A stretch of DNA of 63,844 nt, filler included, from Folioceros fuciformis (taxonomy: Eukaryota): NCBI GenBank assembly GCA_049999805.1. It is 8 parts of 8 records of this genome, joined end to end, with 100 filler letters (N's around TTAATTAATTAA, not from the genome) between each part and the next. Parts side by side here need not be neighbours in the genome. Positions count along the whole stretch, not along the records: positions 26,049 to 36,089 come from JBNGIO010001377.1; positions 36,190 to 50,711 come from JBNGIO010001380.1; 6 more parts are not named here. One strand, given 5' to 3'. The translations under genes were made by a program, and so were the position numbers. The notes below the pieces were generated by a model. It saw nothing but the letters and a program-made list of their open reading frames with translations, ran no database searches and was not told where the DNA came from. Positions 35,301 to 46,266 of this stretch are shown piece by piece (position 1 is the stretch's first letter; each line of letters starts with the position of its first letter).

Positions 35301-36077
35301 CACCAGGCAATTCCAAACGAACAAATTAGGCCGAAACTCACTGCCCAGCACATCGCCATGCACCTGCTTCCCACTTTCCAAGTCTGCCCCCCTTGCACAA
35401 GCCTGCAGGGCTGCTACAAACACATGGCCATCCGGCTTCACTCGTGACATGCGCATCCGATGATACAGCTGCACAGCCTCCTTGTCCTGTCCATGTCTCA
35501 CATGCGCAGAAATTATGGCAGACCATGTGAACGCATCTGGCTTCACCAACGCCATGAACACATCCATTGCTTCCTGAAGCCTGACATGAGAAGCGTACAT
35601 TCGCAGAACATTGTTGCACAGAAACGTGTCTGCCTCGTACCCGCTTCTCACAATGAGAGCATGCACACGGCGACCCAGAACCAGATTCTTGCTCCCCACA
35701 CATTGTTTCACAACAGACTGCAACAGAGACTGTGAAACAAGCCCGCCAGTCTCCACCAGAACTCCCAGAGCCTCTACAGCCTCGCCGAGCTGCCCCTGCT
35801 GACAGTGCTCGCTCACGGTGCCAGCAGTCACGCCCCTCTCGTACCCTGCAGGCCTGCCAGGGCCAGAACCATTGTATGGCCAGAGGACTTCTTGGGCCTC
35901 TCGAATTCCGAATTCGCCCCTCCAGACTCCTGCCGGGTCGAAGGTTGCAGTGATGCCGACGGAGGTCTTCCTACAGCACTGCGCGCACTGTTTCTTGTTT
36001 TTCAAGTCTGGAAAACCTGATGGTTCCGTGCAACGAGGCCCAGCAGCGCCAGCTGCTGGCCTGCCAGTGGAAATCAT
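32370..36077 (-). CDS. PLS-class PPR RNA-editing factor with E1/E2/E+ and truncated DYW (no deaminase), intronless
   Basis: About eight near-identical P-L-S triplets (VVTWxAMIAGY / SVTFVCxLQACA / SLVNMYAKCGSL), then P2-L2-S2 (CSHAGLV, HYTCMVDLLGRAG), E motifs and KQPGQSWW..F.VGD..HP. The frame is open to the gap, so the true start may lie further 5'. Confidence 0.95.
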   Translation of the reverse strand: MISTGRPAAGAAGPRCTEPSGFPDLKNKKQCAQCCRKTSVGITATFDPAGVWRGEFGIREAQEVLWPYNGSGPGRPAGYERGVTAGTVSEHCQQGQLGEAVEALGVLVETGGLVSQSLLQSVVKQCVGSKNLVLGRRVHALIVRSGYEADTFLCNNVLRMYASHVRLQEAMDVFMALVKPDAFTWSAIISAHVRHGQDKEAVQLYHRMRMSRVKPDGHVFVAALQACARGADLESGKQVHGDVLGSEFRPNLFVWNCLVDMYAKCGRLDDAQRVFDGLGQKDVVTWNTMIAGYSQRGMGQEALRLYSEMEEEGIAAPTVVTFVCVLQACASVGRPALEQGRQLHAQIGKQELQTDVVVGSSLVNMYAKCGSLDDARDVFNRLGEKNVVTWTALIAGYSQQGMGHEALRLYSAMEEEGMAVPDSVTFACLLQACASVGAPALEKGKQLHVEIGEQGLQADVVLGRSLVNMYAKCGSLEDAQRVFEELPQKDVVTWTALIGGYSQQGMGQEALQLYSAMQKDGITAPDSVTFVCLLQACASLGVPALENGKQLHAQIGERGLQADVFVANSLVNMYARCGSLENAQRVFDGLGEKNVVTWNAMIAGYSQQGRGQEALHLFSVMEEEATATPNSVTFVSVLQACASVGTLGLETGKQLHGRIRERGIQADVVVGCSLVHMYAKCGSLEDAQGVFDLLPEKDVVTWTTMIAGYSQKGIGQEALHLYSRMQEEGISIPDSMTFVCLLQACASVNIPALENGKQLHTQIKERGLQTDVFVANSLVNMYAKCGNLQDAQAVFDELEEKNVVTWNAMIAGYSQQGMGMEALRLYGDMQQEGLVAPDSATFVCLLQACASVGTLGLEKGKQLHAQIREGGLEADVVLVNSLVHMYSKCGSLQDARTLFDKLLEKDVVTWNAMISGFSQQGMGQEALLLYRAMQDEGNIAPNSVTFVCVLQACANLAALHLGRQLHAEIQKQGLEADTLVAVSLINMYGKSGTMVDAKQVFEALPERDVITWNALIAGYTRQGDHAVVFDLLHRMRADGVEPTSVTFLSVLTVCSHAGLVIEGRKYFKAMSRLHGITATTEHYTCMVDLLGRAGKLDEALSLAKTMPVLPDAAVWRSLLGSCQKWSNVEVGRHAFSEAVKLDSKDAAVYVLMANVYTGAQMWEEAQEIQARRIGLGVWKQPGQSWWTDLNGMTHSFFVGDEQHPEKEGIYLRLEQLSSMIQEARITLPQFHLQLA

Positions 36078-36089
36078 GGCCGCCACATC

Positions 36090-36189
36090 NNNNNNNNNNN
36101 NNNNNNNNNNNNNNNNNNNNNNNNNNNNNNNNNTTAATTAATTAANNNNNNNNNNNNNNNNNNNNNNNNNNNNNNNNNNNNNNNNNNNN
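36090..36189. other. Artificial contig linker
   Basis: N44-TTAATTAATTAA-N44. Confidence 0.98.
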
Positions 36190-36459
36190 AGGGAGGGGGG
36201 CTTGGCAGCTCGCTGGTGCGGCAGGGATGGAGGTGGGGCGGGATGGAGCGAAGCAAGGAGGGAGAGGGCTTAGCAGCTCGTTCCCTATTCATCCTGAAAA
36301 GGCGTGCTGGTTCTGAAATGGCTCCGAGTGCAGCAGTGTAAGGAGCCCTTCCACATCCGATGGGCCATGGTGGCGTTCTCGTGAGCACGTTATGTCAGCA
36401 GGGGGCGCTTTCTAATGAGGCCGATGGAGCTCTGGAGTCTCTGGCGTATACAGAATGGA

Positions 36460-36723
36460 CAGAGCAGCGCGGCAAGCAACAAATATGCAGATGGGTCATG
36501 GGAGCAGCTCGGCCAGTAGCGGATATGGCGATGGAACACGGCAGCAGCGCGGCCAGCAGCGGATACGCAGATGGGTCACAGCAGCAGCACGACCAGCAGC
36601 GGATACGCAGATGGGTCACGGGAGCAGCGCGGCCAGTAGCGGGTACGCAGATGGGTCACAGCAGCAGCACGGCCAGCAGCGGATACGCAGATGGGTCACG
36701 GGAGCAGCGCGGCCAGCAGCAGC
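36460..36723. repeat. 40-bp minisatellite, about 6.5 copies, alternating variants
   Basis: cagcagcggatacgcagatgggtcac(ag/gg)... units at 36514, 36554, 36594, 36634, 36674 and 36714, plus a diverged first copy. Confidence 0.92.
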
Positions 36724-36929
36724 AGGGCTCTGCAAGACCAGCCCGACACCAGCCCAGTGCCAGCCACGCAGCGAGTCCAGGATGTGCGCATTGGTCAGGA
36801 GGTATATGGGTTCATTCCTAACCATGATCATCTCATGTTATTAAAAAAAACAATAACTGAATGCCGGGTTTACAGTAAGACTGAGGCTATCAGTGCCACA
36901 AAGCACTTCCACGCCTACGTTGTTCCCGT

Positions 36930-37440
36930 CTTCAAGAGCTCCTTTCGAGTGCAGAATGTACTCATGCAACTCCACAAGACTTACAACCATCCAGACCTGC
37001 TTACGTCCCACTTCGACAAGAATGGTATAGGCATTGTTCGTCTCATGTGTGTTGTGGGCATAGTCTTTTTTCAATGCAAAATGTGGATAGTTAAATGTGC
37101 ACTTTGAGATCATGTATGCAATGTAATTGGGACTGCAGAGGACTATCCGCCTATTGAGACCATGGTAGAGCAATGTGGGAAGCTAAAGCTTTTGGATCGG
37201 CTATTGAAACACTGAAAGAGCAGGGGCCACAAGGTAGCTAGGACATACACCTTCTTGGTTGTGTGTGTGCTAAGTAGCTTAAGAAGCACTTGAACCTTGC
37301 ATCTAGCATTCCTTTCATGGTGAATAGCTTTTCGAAGATGGAGATTTTAATATGGCTCTTAGCAGGTGTTTATTTTCTCTCCGATAACAAGAATGTGGGA
37401 CATTTTGGAGTACTACCTAATTGAAGAGGGCTATGAGCCT
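36930..37440 (+). pseudogene. DDM1: Intron-containing fragment of a DDM1/LSH-type SNF2 chromatin remodeller
   Basis: Three exons: VQNVLMQLHKTYNHPDLL / DYPPIETMVEQCGKLKLLDRLLKH*KSRGHK / VFIFSPITRMWDILEYYLIEEGYEP, with GT-AG introns 37025-37138 and 37234-37365 and an in-frame TGA at 37213. Confidence 0.82.
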
Positions 37441-37674
37441 TCTTATAGTGCCTACACTACCTAACTTAAGAGGGTGATGAACCCTCCTATAGTGCCTATA
37501 CTACCTAATTGAAGAGGGCTATGAGCCTTCCTATAGTGCCTATACTACCTAACTTAAGAGGGTGATGAACCCTCCTATAGTGCCTATACTACCTAATTGA
37601 AGAGGGTTATGAGCCTTCCTATAGTGCCTGTACTACCTAACTGACGAGGGTTATGAGCCTTCTTGTAGTGCTTA
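37411..37674. repeat. 44-bp minisatellite, 6 copies, alternating A/B variants (88-bp higher-order unit)
   Basis: tactacctaa.t.aagaggg..atga.cc.tc.tatagtgccta units at 37411, 37455, 37499, 37543, 37587 and 37631. Confidence 0.93.
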
Positions 37675-37689
37675 CACGAAAAATCTCGA

Positions 37690-37922
37690 TTTAGTATTCC
37701 ACATTTTTTGTGCTTGCGAGTAGGTAGGTACTTGGTAAGCAAATCTACAATGTTTTTATTTGTAGAGACATATTGAATATGAATGTGCTTCTGTTCAACA
37801 AAATGTCTGATAAAGTGACGATACACTTCTATGTGCTTAGGGCAACCGAGCAACCTCAAGTTGGCTGTCATGGCTATAGTGGGCATAGTATCATTGTGAA
37901 TAAGGGTAGGTTTGAAATGCAA
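37690..37922 (-). mobile_element. Ty1/copia RNase H C-terminal remnant
   Basis: KHIEVYRHFIRHFVEQKHIHIQYVSTNKNIVDLLTKYLP matches the copia KHIDIRYHFIR...ADILTKxL motif. Confidence 0.8.
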
Positions 37923-39163
37923 GAGTCCAATAACGTAATAATGTAAAAATAACGTAAAAAAATAAAATAAAAAATCTCAATACAAAAACTACTTAATAAC
38001 TCAATGTAAAAATACCACATCAACTTAATGTAAAAACAACAACTTGTGACGGCTGCTAGAAAATGGTGAAAACCTTTCTTTCTCTCCGGGCCGTACTCCC
38101 TGCTCATGTTAGTGCTCTTTGCATATTTCTAATGAAATGCCTTAAATTTCTGCATTCCAATCTCTCTCCACATCGTTATGCGTGAACGCTCTTTGATTAA
38201 GCCTTACAGAGAGGTAAAATCTCATGGTTCGAACATGTTGCTATAAGCCATTTATTCTTGTTTTCTTTGAAATGGTAGAGATGACATCATGAACCTGACA
38301 CCTGATGTGCAAGAATATCTATAATGAGAAAGCCCTACCCTCACTTGCATCATTGGGAAGCCCTTGTGCTCACTTGTATGGGCGGAAAAGGTTCAATAAC
38401 ACCCAAACTTCTATGAAGACTTCTTCAAACACATAAAGTGCATGCATTGCTATATGTGGTCACTTCTACCTCTCAAACCTCGGTGACAAGTAGCAAACCC
38501 TTAGCTCAGGGCCCAGCGGAAAAAGGAAAGCAAACATGGGACACAAAGTCCATTATGTCAAAAAAAATCGCCCGAGGCAAGGAAAATTATGGCCATTACA
38601 AAGACAGCCCCATCGAGATGCCCCTTTGGCCACTGCTGTAGCCGCAAGTTGCTGCGCCAACGTTTTTTCCTTACAGCATCATAGGGTCACCGTTGCGATG
38701 ACCCGAATCAGTATTCCATTATGAAGCTCCTTTCCACGATTTCTCTGGAATTTTCACAGCCAGCGTCATCGTCCAGGTGCAGTCACTCACCTACGTTCTT
38801 CCTTTCACTTGTACCGAGCGATGGAGCCTAAAGTGCTTCACCTAGTTTTGATTCATGCTCAAACTAATACAAATGACCTACATCACTACCAAAAGCGCGA
38901 CTCAGCTAGACATTATCCACTCAGTTCCTGCACAAAGTCATCTCCGTCACTGCTGGGAAACGACACACCAGACAGCGAGGATTGGACTCTTCCACTTCGA
39001 TTAGACTCTTCCGATTTGCACGCGAGACAAACAATGTGCACAAGTAGTTTCGAGTTCTCCCTTCACATTCGTTGTGACAGGCTTCCATGATCCAATCTGA
39101 GTGCAAGCGCCGTAGATCGATGATTGGGCCAAAACGATTTATGGCTGAGACTGCATCAGATCT

Positions 39164-42104
39164 TCAAATACTGTGAGCCTGTCCACAACACACACGGTTC
39201 AGCGCATATATTCTGCAGCAGTCAATCTTTATGGATACTGTTTGAACCAAAATTGCGGGAAGATGTTGGTCTTACCGCCTGAGCAATGGTCCAGGGTTGT
39301 ATGGAAATATTTGTTTCTGCAGAAGACGTTCTATTGATGATTTTAGCTGAGCAAGACATGCCCCTGCCCTATGCACCGACATTGAGCTGGGGTCTTCCAT
39401 GGAGGGAAACCCCACATGAGACTGGGGATAGCCATCAGCCAACTGAGGAACCGAATTCAGAAACGAAGGCCATGTCTCCTCAACGAGACGGAGGCATCTA
39501 CAATGAAACCACCAGATGCCATTAACCTCCTACAGTATAACACAAGTGCTGCAAAAGGAAGGAGCTTACCGCATCAGGTACTGTAGACAGACAGGGCCCG
39601 TTTGTTTTGATATCAGAAAGTCAACAATGACGGAGTGGTCGTATTGTATCTGAAAACAGGAAGAGTTCAGTCAATGTAAGTGAAGTCATACTTGTCCACA
39701 ACTTGTACAGAGAGGTGCAAAGCATCCCTGAGAAGGTACCAAACCAAGGAAGGCATGGCATAGACGAAGGGGTGCTATGGCTGCGAAAGGGTGAGCTGGT
39801 GAAGCAGAAATCACACTTGGGGTTGTTCTGCAGTCGAATCAACCAACACACACTCAGTTGCACCTTCTCTAGTACACAACACAACAATCGACGTTGCACC
39901 CTTGAAACTTACGGTTTATTTTGTGTCAGCACAGGCGCAAGGTTTGAAAGCTGAAGCAGCATATCAAGAAGTAGGTCATCCTGAAAGCCTTGATACAGAA
40001 TAGGGTGAGAGAAAGGGGATCCTAGGAATTCGTCCACAAACCAAGCCACATGAAAAGGACCAAACCAAACCTAGCTTCCACGCTATACCTCATCCAAGAA
40101 CAACTGCACAAGCGACACTGTGACTCGGTTCGTAGCAAAAGTAGTGTCATTGGAATCGACTGCGAAGGTATCTCTGACTTCTTGCAGCTTAGCTTGAATC
40201 CACCGCAACAGATCCTCCTCAATTTGACTAACAGAAGTTTGCCTGTGTTGGTGGAGCAATCCTTCCTTGGATGTTTCAGAGGAAAGTATTTCCACTTTCA
40301 AGTTCAATGAGGTGAGTATCTTGAAGTAGAGGAGCAAGACCCGTCTTTGCAAGTGTCGGACGGAGTGGGTCTGACTGGGTATCCTTGAGTAGAACGGCGA
40401 TGAGCCACAAGATTGAGCATCTAGAGGATCATTCTGTAAGAAGGAGGCGCTGAACAGATCTTCCGTATGCGAGCAGAGTGCATCCATACATGTCACGGAA
40501 AACGATTGATCAATTGAGAAGGCTCCAGAGAGCTTCATCAAGATAGTCTGCAAACAACTCAAGAAATGAGGTCAGCACCCGAGAGAATACAACAGCTCGG
40601 AAAGTTGAGGACAGGAGGAATCTTAGACAAATACCAATAGCTTATATCGCAGTAGGTGGGAATGATGCTTGTGAGCGGGCAAAGCCAGATCTGAGACGTC
40701 AGGAATCAGAAATTGTACATGCTTCAGACATGCATAATTAATTGTCCACGGTTGGCATTGCTGTGGATCCAAGCAACGCACACAGGAAGAGAGCAACTGC
40801 AACCAGGACCCTAGAAGCAGCTCCTTGACGTCAGCTTGTCGTATGTCACTACAATGGCCTCCCAGGTTTTTTGAAAAAATGTCGACAAAGCTTTGACCAC
40901 CAGGTGATCCGCCATTTTGACAAACACACCCTGTGAGAACACATTCTCCCCCCATGACGTGAACACACCCCACCTTTGCAATCTGAGAGAGGAAAACCCT
41001 GAGAAAACTATGAGCACATTCTTCCTCTTCCATTGCATTCTTCAAGATGCACCTTAGAAGTTCCAGTGTGCAGGTCACGGCATGCCAGAACACACATGCA
41101 TCCGTCTCCTCTGCAGCCGATCCAAAGGAGTCCGTCAATCGAGTCCTCTTTCTGCATCGACCATCGTGCAACTCATCTTCTGAGAAGTGGCAGGGGTTAA
41201 AAAATAGATTGCCAGCGTTCCAGCACGCTGACCCTGACAACCAGGTCCTGGAAGCCCGCCATAGAAATTCCAATAAAGATGTCCAGGCGGATACCTGCAA
41301 ACAGAGGAGGATACGAATACCAGCGGTGTCAATCCTTCGCAGAGTACGTCACATGTAACCAACTGCAAACCATGTTTCGTATTTTCTGGCAAGAGTTGTA
41401 TCAAGTACTCACAGAAACCTGTAGACAGTTTGCGAAAACCAGGAGAACTTTTTTTGCAGAGTGACGGACATATCTGTCGTCTGAAGTAAACAACAGAAGC
41501 TGCCAAACGCAGGGGAGCAATAGAAATCTCAGCCCTGATACAGAGTCATCCAAACATCCAATTACTACGATACTCACCAGGCTGCTAACACTAGATTCAC
41601 AAATCGAGTATCTTATCCTGTGCCAGTAAGGGCTCCCCAAAGAATCATGGATTGTCCGGTCGGCCTACACCACAGTTGTCCCGAATCACTGTCAGTAAAC
41701 ACTGCGGTCTGTGGTGTATCTAATGAAAGAAAAAATGCAGCTTGAACTTGACCCCCTAGCTGGCTATCATACCACCTTGGCAAGCAAATAGCACAGATGA
41801 TCTGGAGTCCTGGATTCTTTCCCCTGCAAATCCAACAAGGAAAAAGTGTTTCAATCTATACCATCAGAAGCAGTGCATCTACCCTTTAAAGTTTGTCGCT
41901 GACGATTTCGAACCAAACAACGAGAGACTGGTCACCTCACTCACAAGCGCAGTCGCGGAGAGTGCCTCCAATTCAGCCAGTACCTGAATACGACACCAGT
42001 GAGCACAACAGAGACATGATAATGAAAGAGGTCCAGGGTCGTCAGCTATACCGCACCTCTGCAAGCTTGTCTTCGGCGTGCATGCTTGACAAGATTTTTC
42101 GCAT
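39164..42104 (-). CDS. LINS1: Protein Lines homolog (Lines_N and Lines_C domains), multi-exon
   Basis: Spliced motifs LVQLFLDE/DDLLLDMLLQL, IQYDHSVIVDFLISKQTGPVCLQYLMR/CLRLVEETW, CLAQLKSSIERLLQKQIFPYNPGPLLRR; predicted stop at 39164. The 5' exons and start are less certain. Confidence 0.8.
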
Positions 42105-42208
42105 GAGTTGTCATGTGGACATCGAAGCCTATCGACACGGTCGAAATTTCAACTTCACTGATGAAGGTTTACAAGGGTTTTAGGTGGTCAATTGGGACCA
42201 AGGTGAAA

Positions 42209-43601
42209 ATGCTGCGGTCTTCCGTGCGCGCGGTGGGTCGGGGTGCGCACGCGTGCAGATGGGCGAAGACGTGGAATCAGGAAGCAGATTGCGATGCATC
42301 TGCCTTTTTTGTGAGAATCTCGCTACTTCAAGATTTCGCTTTTGTTTTCATCAAAAGGGGTTGGAGCAGCTGATGCCTGATTGCGTGTGGCAACAGAAAG
42401 CAGGATGCAGGGCTTTGACTGCCAGGGCGGCATCCAGTGAGCAGGAGTCCAATGCCGCTGCAGTGAAACCGCCGTGTGGCAAAACGGAGAAAATCGTGGC
42501 CGCTGTGGTTTTGGAGAGACTCCCTGTTGTGCTACCACAGCTCCCGAAGCCTGTTGCAGATTTTCGGAGCTATTCGTAAGTTGTGATGCTGAAGCTTTCA
42601 GTGTGACAATGAGTTGGCTGGTGCGGCATTCGTTTGCATGGCTTTGTGTTACGGTTTGATGGCCCTGCTCGTTATGGTGTGAAGATTCGCTTGGAGACAG
42701 CAGTACCGAAGAGCCTACCCTGAAGAATTCCTCAAGGCCTCCTCCAGCAAGTGAGTACAGTCCGGTTGTGGTCACGCTGATACTTCCTGCATGCTCAAGA
42801 GTGACGAGAGTTCCTGCTTGGTGTGTCTGCTCAAGGCAGGGAAGACGATGGGGGAGACTTACTCTACGAACCAGCTGCTAGAGTCACCGAAGCTGACACA
42901 AAGGACAACCGGAGGTATGGGGTTAGCCCTGTCTTCTTCCAGCACTTCCTTGCTGGGAATGCTGCTGCCTTGCTACAGCTCTTTGCCTTGGCTGCAGATC
43001 TTTGCTGAGGGCATTAGACCGTAGGCTTTACCTTATATTGCACGGCTTTCCATTCGGGAGCACCAGGGATAAGCCTGTTTGGCACTTCCCCGAAAAACAG
43101 TACTCAGACGAGGAGACACTGCGCCTGGTATGGGCAGCGATTCACGCATTTGCTGACCCTTCGATGTGGCCTACAGGATCTCTTGCGTATTGAAGGTGCT
43201 GATTGCAGTGTGCAGAATCTGCTGTGACATCCTTTGTAGAGGATCCAGATAACGACCTGTACTTTGTGGGCAATGGTCCAGTGGGGCACATCGAACAGCA
43301 TTGTGTCCAGCTTGGTGCCCCTGTGCCATTCTTCAAGGTGACTAATGCATGGATTCTCCTGCTGGTGTTTGAAGGCCAGTAGCAGTGGCACGTGGTGTTA
43401 CAATTTAGAACCTTTTGGGCTGGTCTGACAATCAGTTGCCTTGCACAGAGGTTCTTCTTCAAATCGCAGCTTATTGGCAACAAAGTGGACCTGACTGGAG
43501 GCAAGCACAAAGATTTTGCCTGGGTTTCGAAGGAAGAACTCATTGAGTATTTAGAGGAACCTCTGGACAAGGACTTGATCATGAAACTTTTACTGGATTG
43601 A
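42209..43601 (+). CDS. MRPL46: Mitochondrial ribosomal protein L46 (DECOY-like), multi-exon
   Basis: Arg-rich presequence; EKIVAAVVLERLPVV, WRQQYRRAYPEEFL, PAARVTEADTKDNRRSLLRALDRRLYL, WHFPEK, YFVGNGP, RFFFKSQLI, DFAWVSKEELIEY. Confidence 0.92.
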
Positions 43602-44255
43602 CACCACAACGAGATGAGTATTGTAATTGGCGGACGTTCTCCTTCGCAATAATTGTGGTGGTAAAGCCACTTTGGCAAAGTGTTCTGCTGATCGAACGGC
43701 TGTGTGTACGGAGTTACCCTTGCAGAGCTAGTTCGAGTCAACTGCTTTTTGAAGCTGTAAGCTCTAGGAACAAAACGCCTTGTCTGTGCCACAAGAACAC
43801 GCAAGAATGCCAACTTGTTATCCCTTCACCAATGTCCCCAGACCACGGTTCCTTCTGCACGAAATCCGCAGAGAAAAGCGGAGTGTCTGAAAATATCTGC
43901 ATGGTGATACAATGAACATGGTGATATCAATGCCTCATGTCCAGGAGGTCTGCATCGCCTGTGTAGTTTGCACACCTATTCCCAGGTTCTACGTATGTTG
44001 CAACGCTTGAATTTGTCAGGCTGTCATCTGCTAGGTGGAGATTGTCCTTTGAATCAAGAGGTATAATACCGGTGGCAACGACTTCCTTCCACCTTCTGGT
44101 AGTATCGTATGTTTAGCTCCGAGGCAATAATGCAGGCACTGTGTGTAAAATCGTTCATCTGACTCCACAGCTCAGCATCGTGATGTTCAAAATACTGATT
44201 TGTGTCTACCAGCGTTGTATTGTCTTCAACTCTCCTGCTCCTGGACCCAACTGCC

Positions 44256-44261
44256 TATAAG
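44256..44261 (+). promoter_or_regulatory. Candidate TATA box of the haloperoxidase-like gene
   Basis: CCTATAAGAA about 125 bp upstream of ATG 44381, followed by a CT-rich leader. Confidence 0.45.
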
Positions 44262-44380
44262 AATGCGCCGACATAATCAACAAATCGGTCCTCTCTCCTG
44301 TCCCTTCTCTCGGAGGGTATGCCTCTCTCAGTCACCGGTGGCATTCCTATCTCTGCAGAGATGGGTCACCTGAGGCAGTG

Positions 44381-46266
44381 CTTGACTTTCTCAGCGTCAG
44401 TCCTTTTACTTCTGTTGGTTGCAGTCTCTGCAGCGGATGCCGCAACCGACAATGTCATCACGCAGTGGAATGCCCTGGCGCAGGAGGTGTCTGTTCCCTA
44501 CTGACAAAGAAGATCAACGTTCCTGCCTTAGGATCCACATGAGGCAATGGTACTGAAGTGGAAGCGGTGCTGCTGTGTGAAGGTCGCCCGCCGACTAGGC
44601 ATCCCCAGCCAAATCTCAGCAAGAAATTACGCTCTGGTGCACCTCTCCCAGTACAAAGCTCTGCAATTGGCTTTCAAGAAGGATGTGAAACATCCGGAGG
44701 CTGCTGCAGCCTTCGCTGCCCACTTCATCCTCTCTCAGTAAGCCTTCACTCTGAGGGACACAAGTCAGTCCTTGCAATTCCTGCTGTTGCAGAGTTGCAG
44801 CCGGAGTGCTCTGAACTGTTGGCTTCATCTCCCGTTGCAGAGTGAGCCCCACATTGCAGTCCTCACGACTGGACGGTTTCCTGGCCAAGCAGATCCTTCC
44901 TCTGCAGCTCTCCAAGAAGGAGGATGCTGAGCTCCGAAAGATTGCCTTATACTTCGCCATCCCCCTCGTCAGAGAGAGGTAACCACTAAGTCGTGCTGGA
45001 GTTACAGTGTGTGCAGTACGCTCATCCTTCGGCTCCACTGCAGGGCTTTTGATGGAAGCCAGATTTGGGCGGAATTCCAGCCTGCTCCTCCAGGGAGCCC
45101 GGCAGGAGAGTACCAGTTCACCCCCAACCAGACCTTCGCTCTGTACCCGCAGCTGGCAAAGACCAAGCCCTTCGTGATCAAGTCTCCCAAGCTCTACGAC
45201 CACAACGGTGGCCCACCCAAGGTCCCCAGCACCGCATACAATGAACAATACGATATCATCCTTGCAGTGGGAGACGCAAGCTCGCCGTCTCAGACTCTGG
45301 CTGAGAAGGAGACGGCACGATTCTGGGAAGACGGGGGCAGTTAGGAATCGAACCGGGCCACCTACTTTCTCGCTTGCGTGCTTCCATTTCTCTGCTGTTG
45401 TCGAGCTAACGATCTGATGCCGACATGGCTGCAGATACTTCGGCAGTTTCCGGGCAGTTGTTCAACGTCACCCTTGCAGCAGTTGGGTTTGAGCTTTCTC
45501 TGAAGGAGACAGCCAAGCTGTTTGCAGCATATGCTATAGCTAGCTACGATGCCTCCATAGCCACCTGGTATCAGAAGTACAAGTATCTCTTCTGGAGGCC
45601 CATCACTGCTGTCAGGTAACAGGGCTGCAACCTACCGTGTGCGTGCCATGCATTTTAGACACTCCAGGGACAGGGAGCGTTTGAAGGTCACGGTGTGACT
45701 GAATTCTCGTGCCGTCCAACAGGCAAGGAGACTCGGTTCACAAGCCCAGACCCAGCTTCACCACGGTCTTAAACACTCCTCCTCACCCGGAGTACCCAAG
45801 TGGACACAGCTCTGTTGCTGGAAGCTACGCCTCGGTGGTGTCCAAGTTCCTGGGCAAAAAATCTAGCAGCAAAACCGACTCTCCCTTCCTTGTTGCCACT
45901 GAGTCCTACTTTCTGCCTGCCCGCACATTCGAAACCATAGATGGGCCGGCCAAGGACATTCTGATCAGCAGGTGGCCATCCTCTCGCTCTCCAAGTTCCA
46001 GTTCCCTGATTGCAGCGCGACTGGCTGATGCCTACCTGACAGACTGCGTTGCGTTGCGTGCTCAGAGTTTATGCAGGGGTTCATTTCCGCAAGTCCAGCG
46101 ATGATGGGTACAAGATTGGACTGGAGGTGTGTTTGTTGCTTAAATCCATCTCCATTTCCATCGCTCGTCATGTCATGAATGTTGGTGGTTTGACATGCTA
46201 CTGTTATGGCAGGTTGGCCAGTATGTGTGGAAACACTTCGAGAAAGTGTTCGGTGGCCTTGACTGA
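44381..46266 (+). CDS. Secreted vanadium-dependent haloperoxidase-like protein (PAP2 superfamily), 8 exons
   Basis: Signal peptide then DNVITQWN; ETARFW; KYKYLFWRP; TPPHPEYPSGHS; SRVYAGVHF. The exons splice in frame via GT-AG introns to TGA at 46264-46266. Confidence 0.88.

Noticed and set aside
36360-36844. Several 70-150 aa ORFs in multiple frames
   Set aside because: They arise from the stop-poor 40-bp minisatellite and show the same peptide rotating between frames.
36460-37674. Regularly spaced repeats suggesting a CRISPR array
   Set aside because: Units are head-to-tail with no unique spacers, there are no cas genes, and the context is eukaryotic; these are minisatellites.
13893-46266. 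Idea that crtI, the glycosidase-like gene, GDSL and the haloperoxidase form one biosynthetic or HGT cluster
   Set aside because: They lie on different contigs separated by artificial linkers and are interspersed with housekeeping genes; no shared pathway logic.
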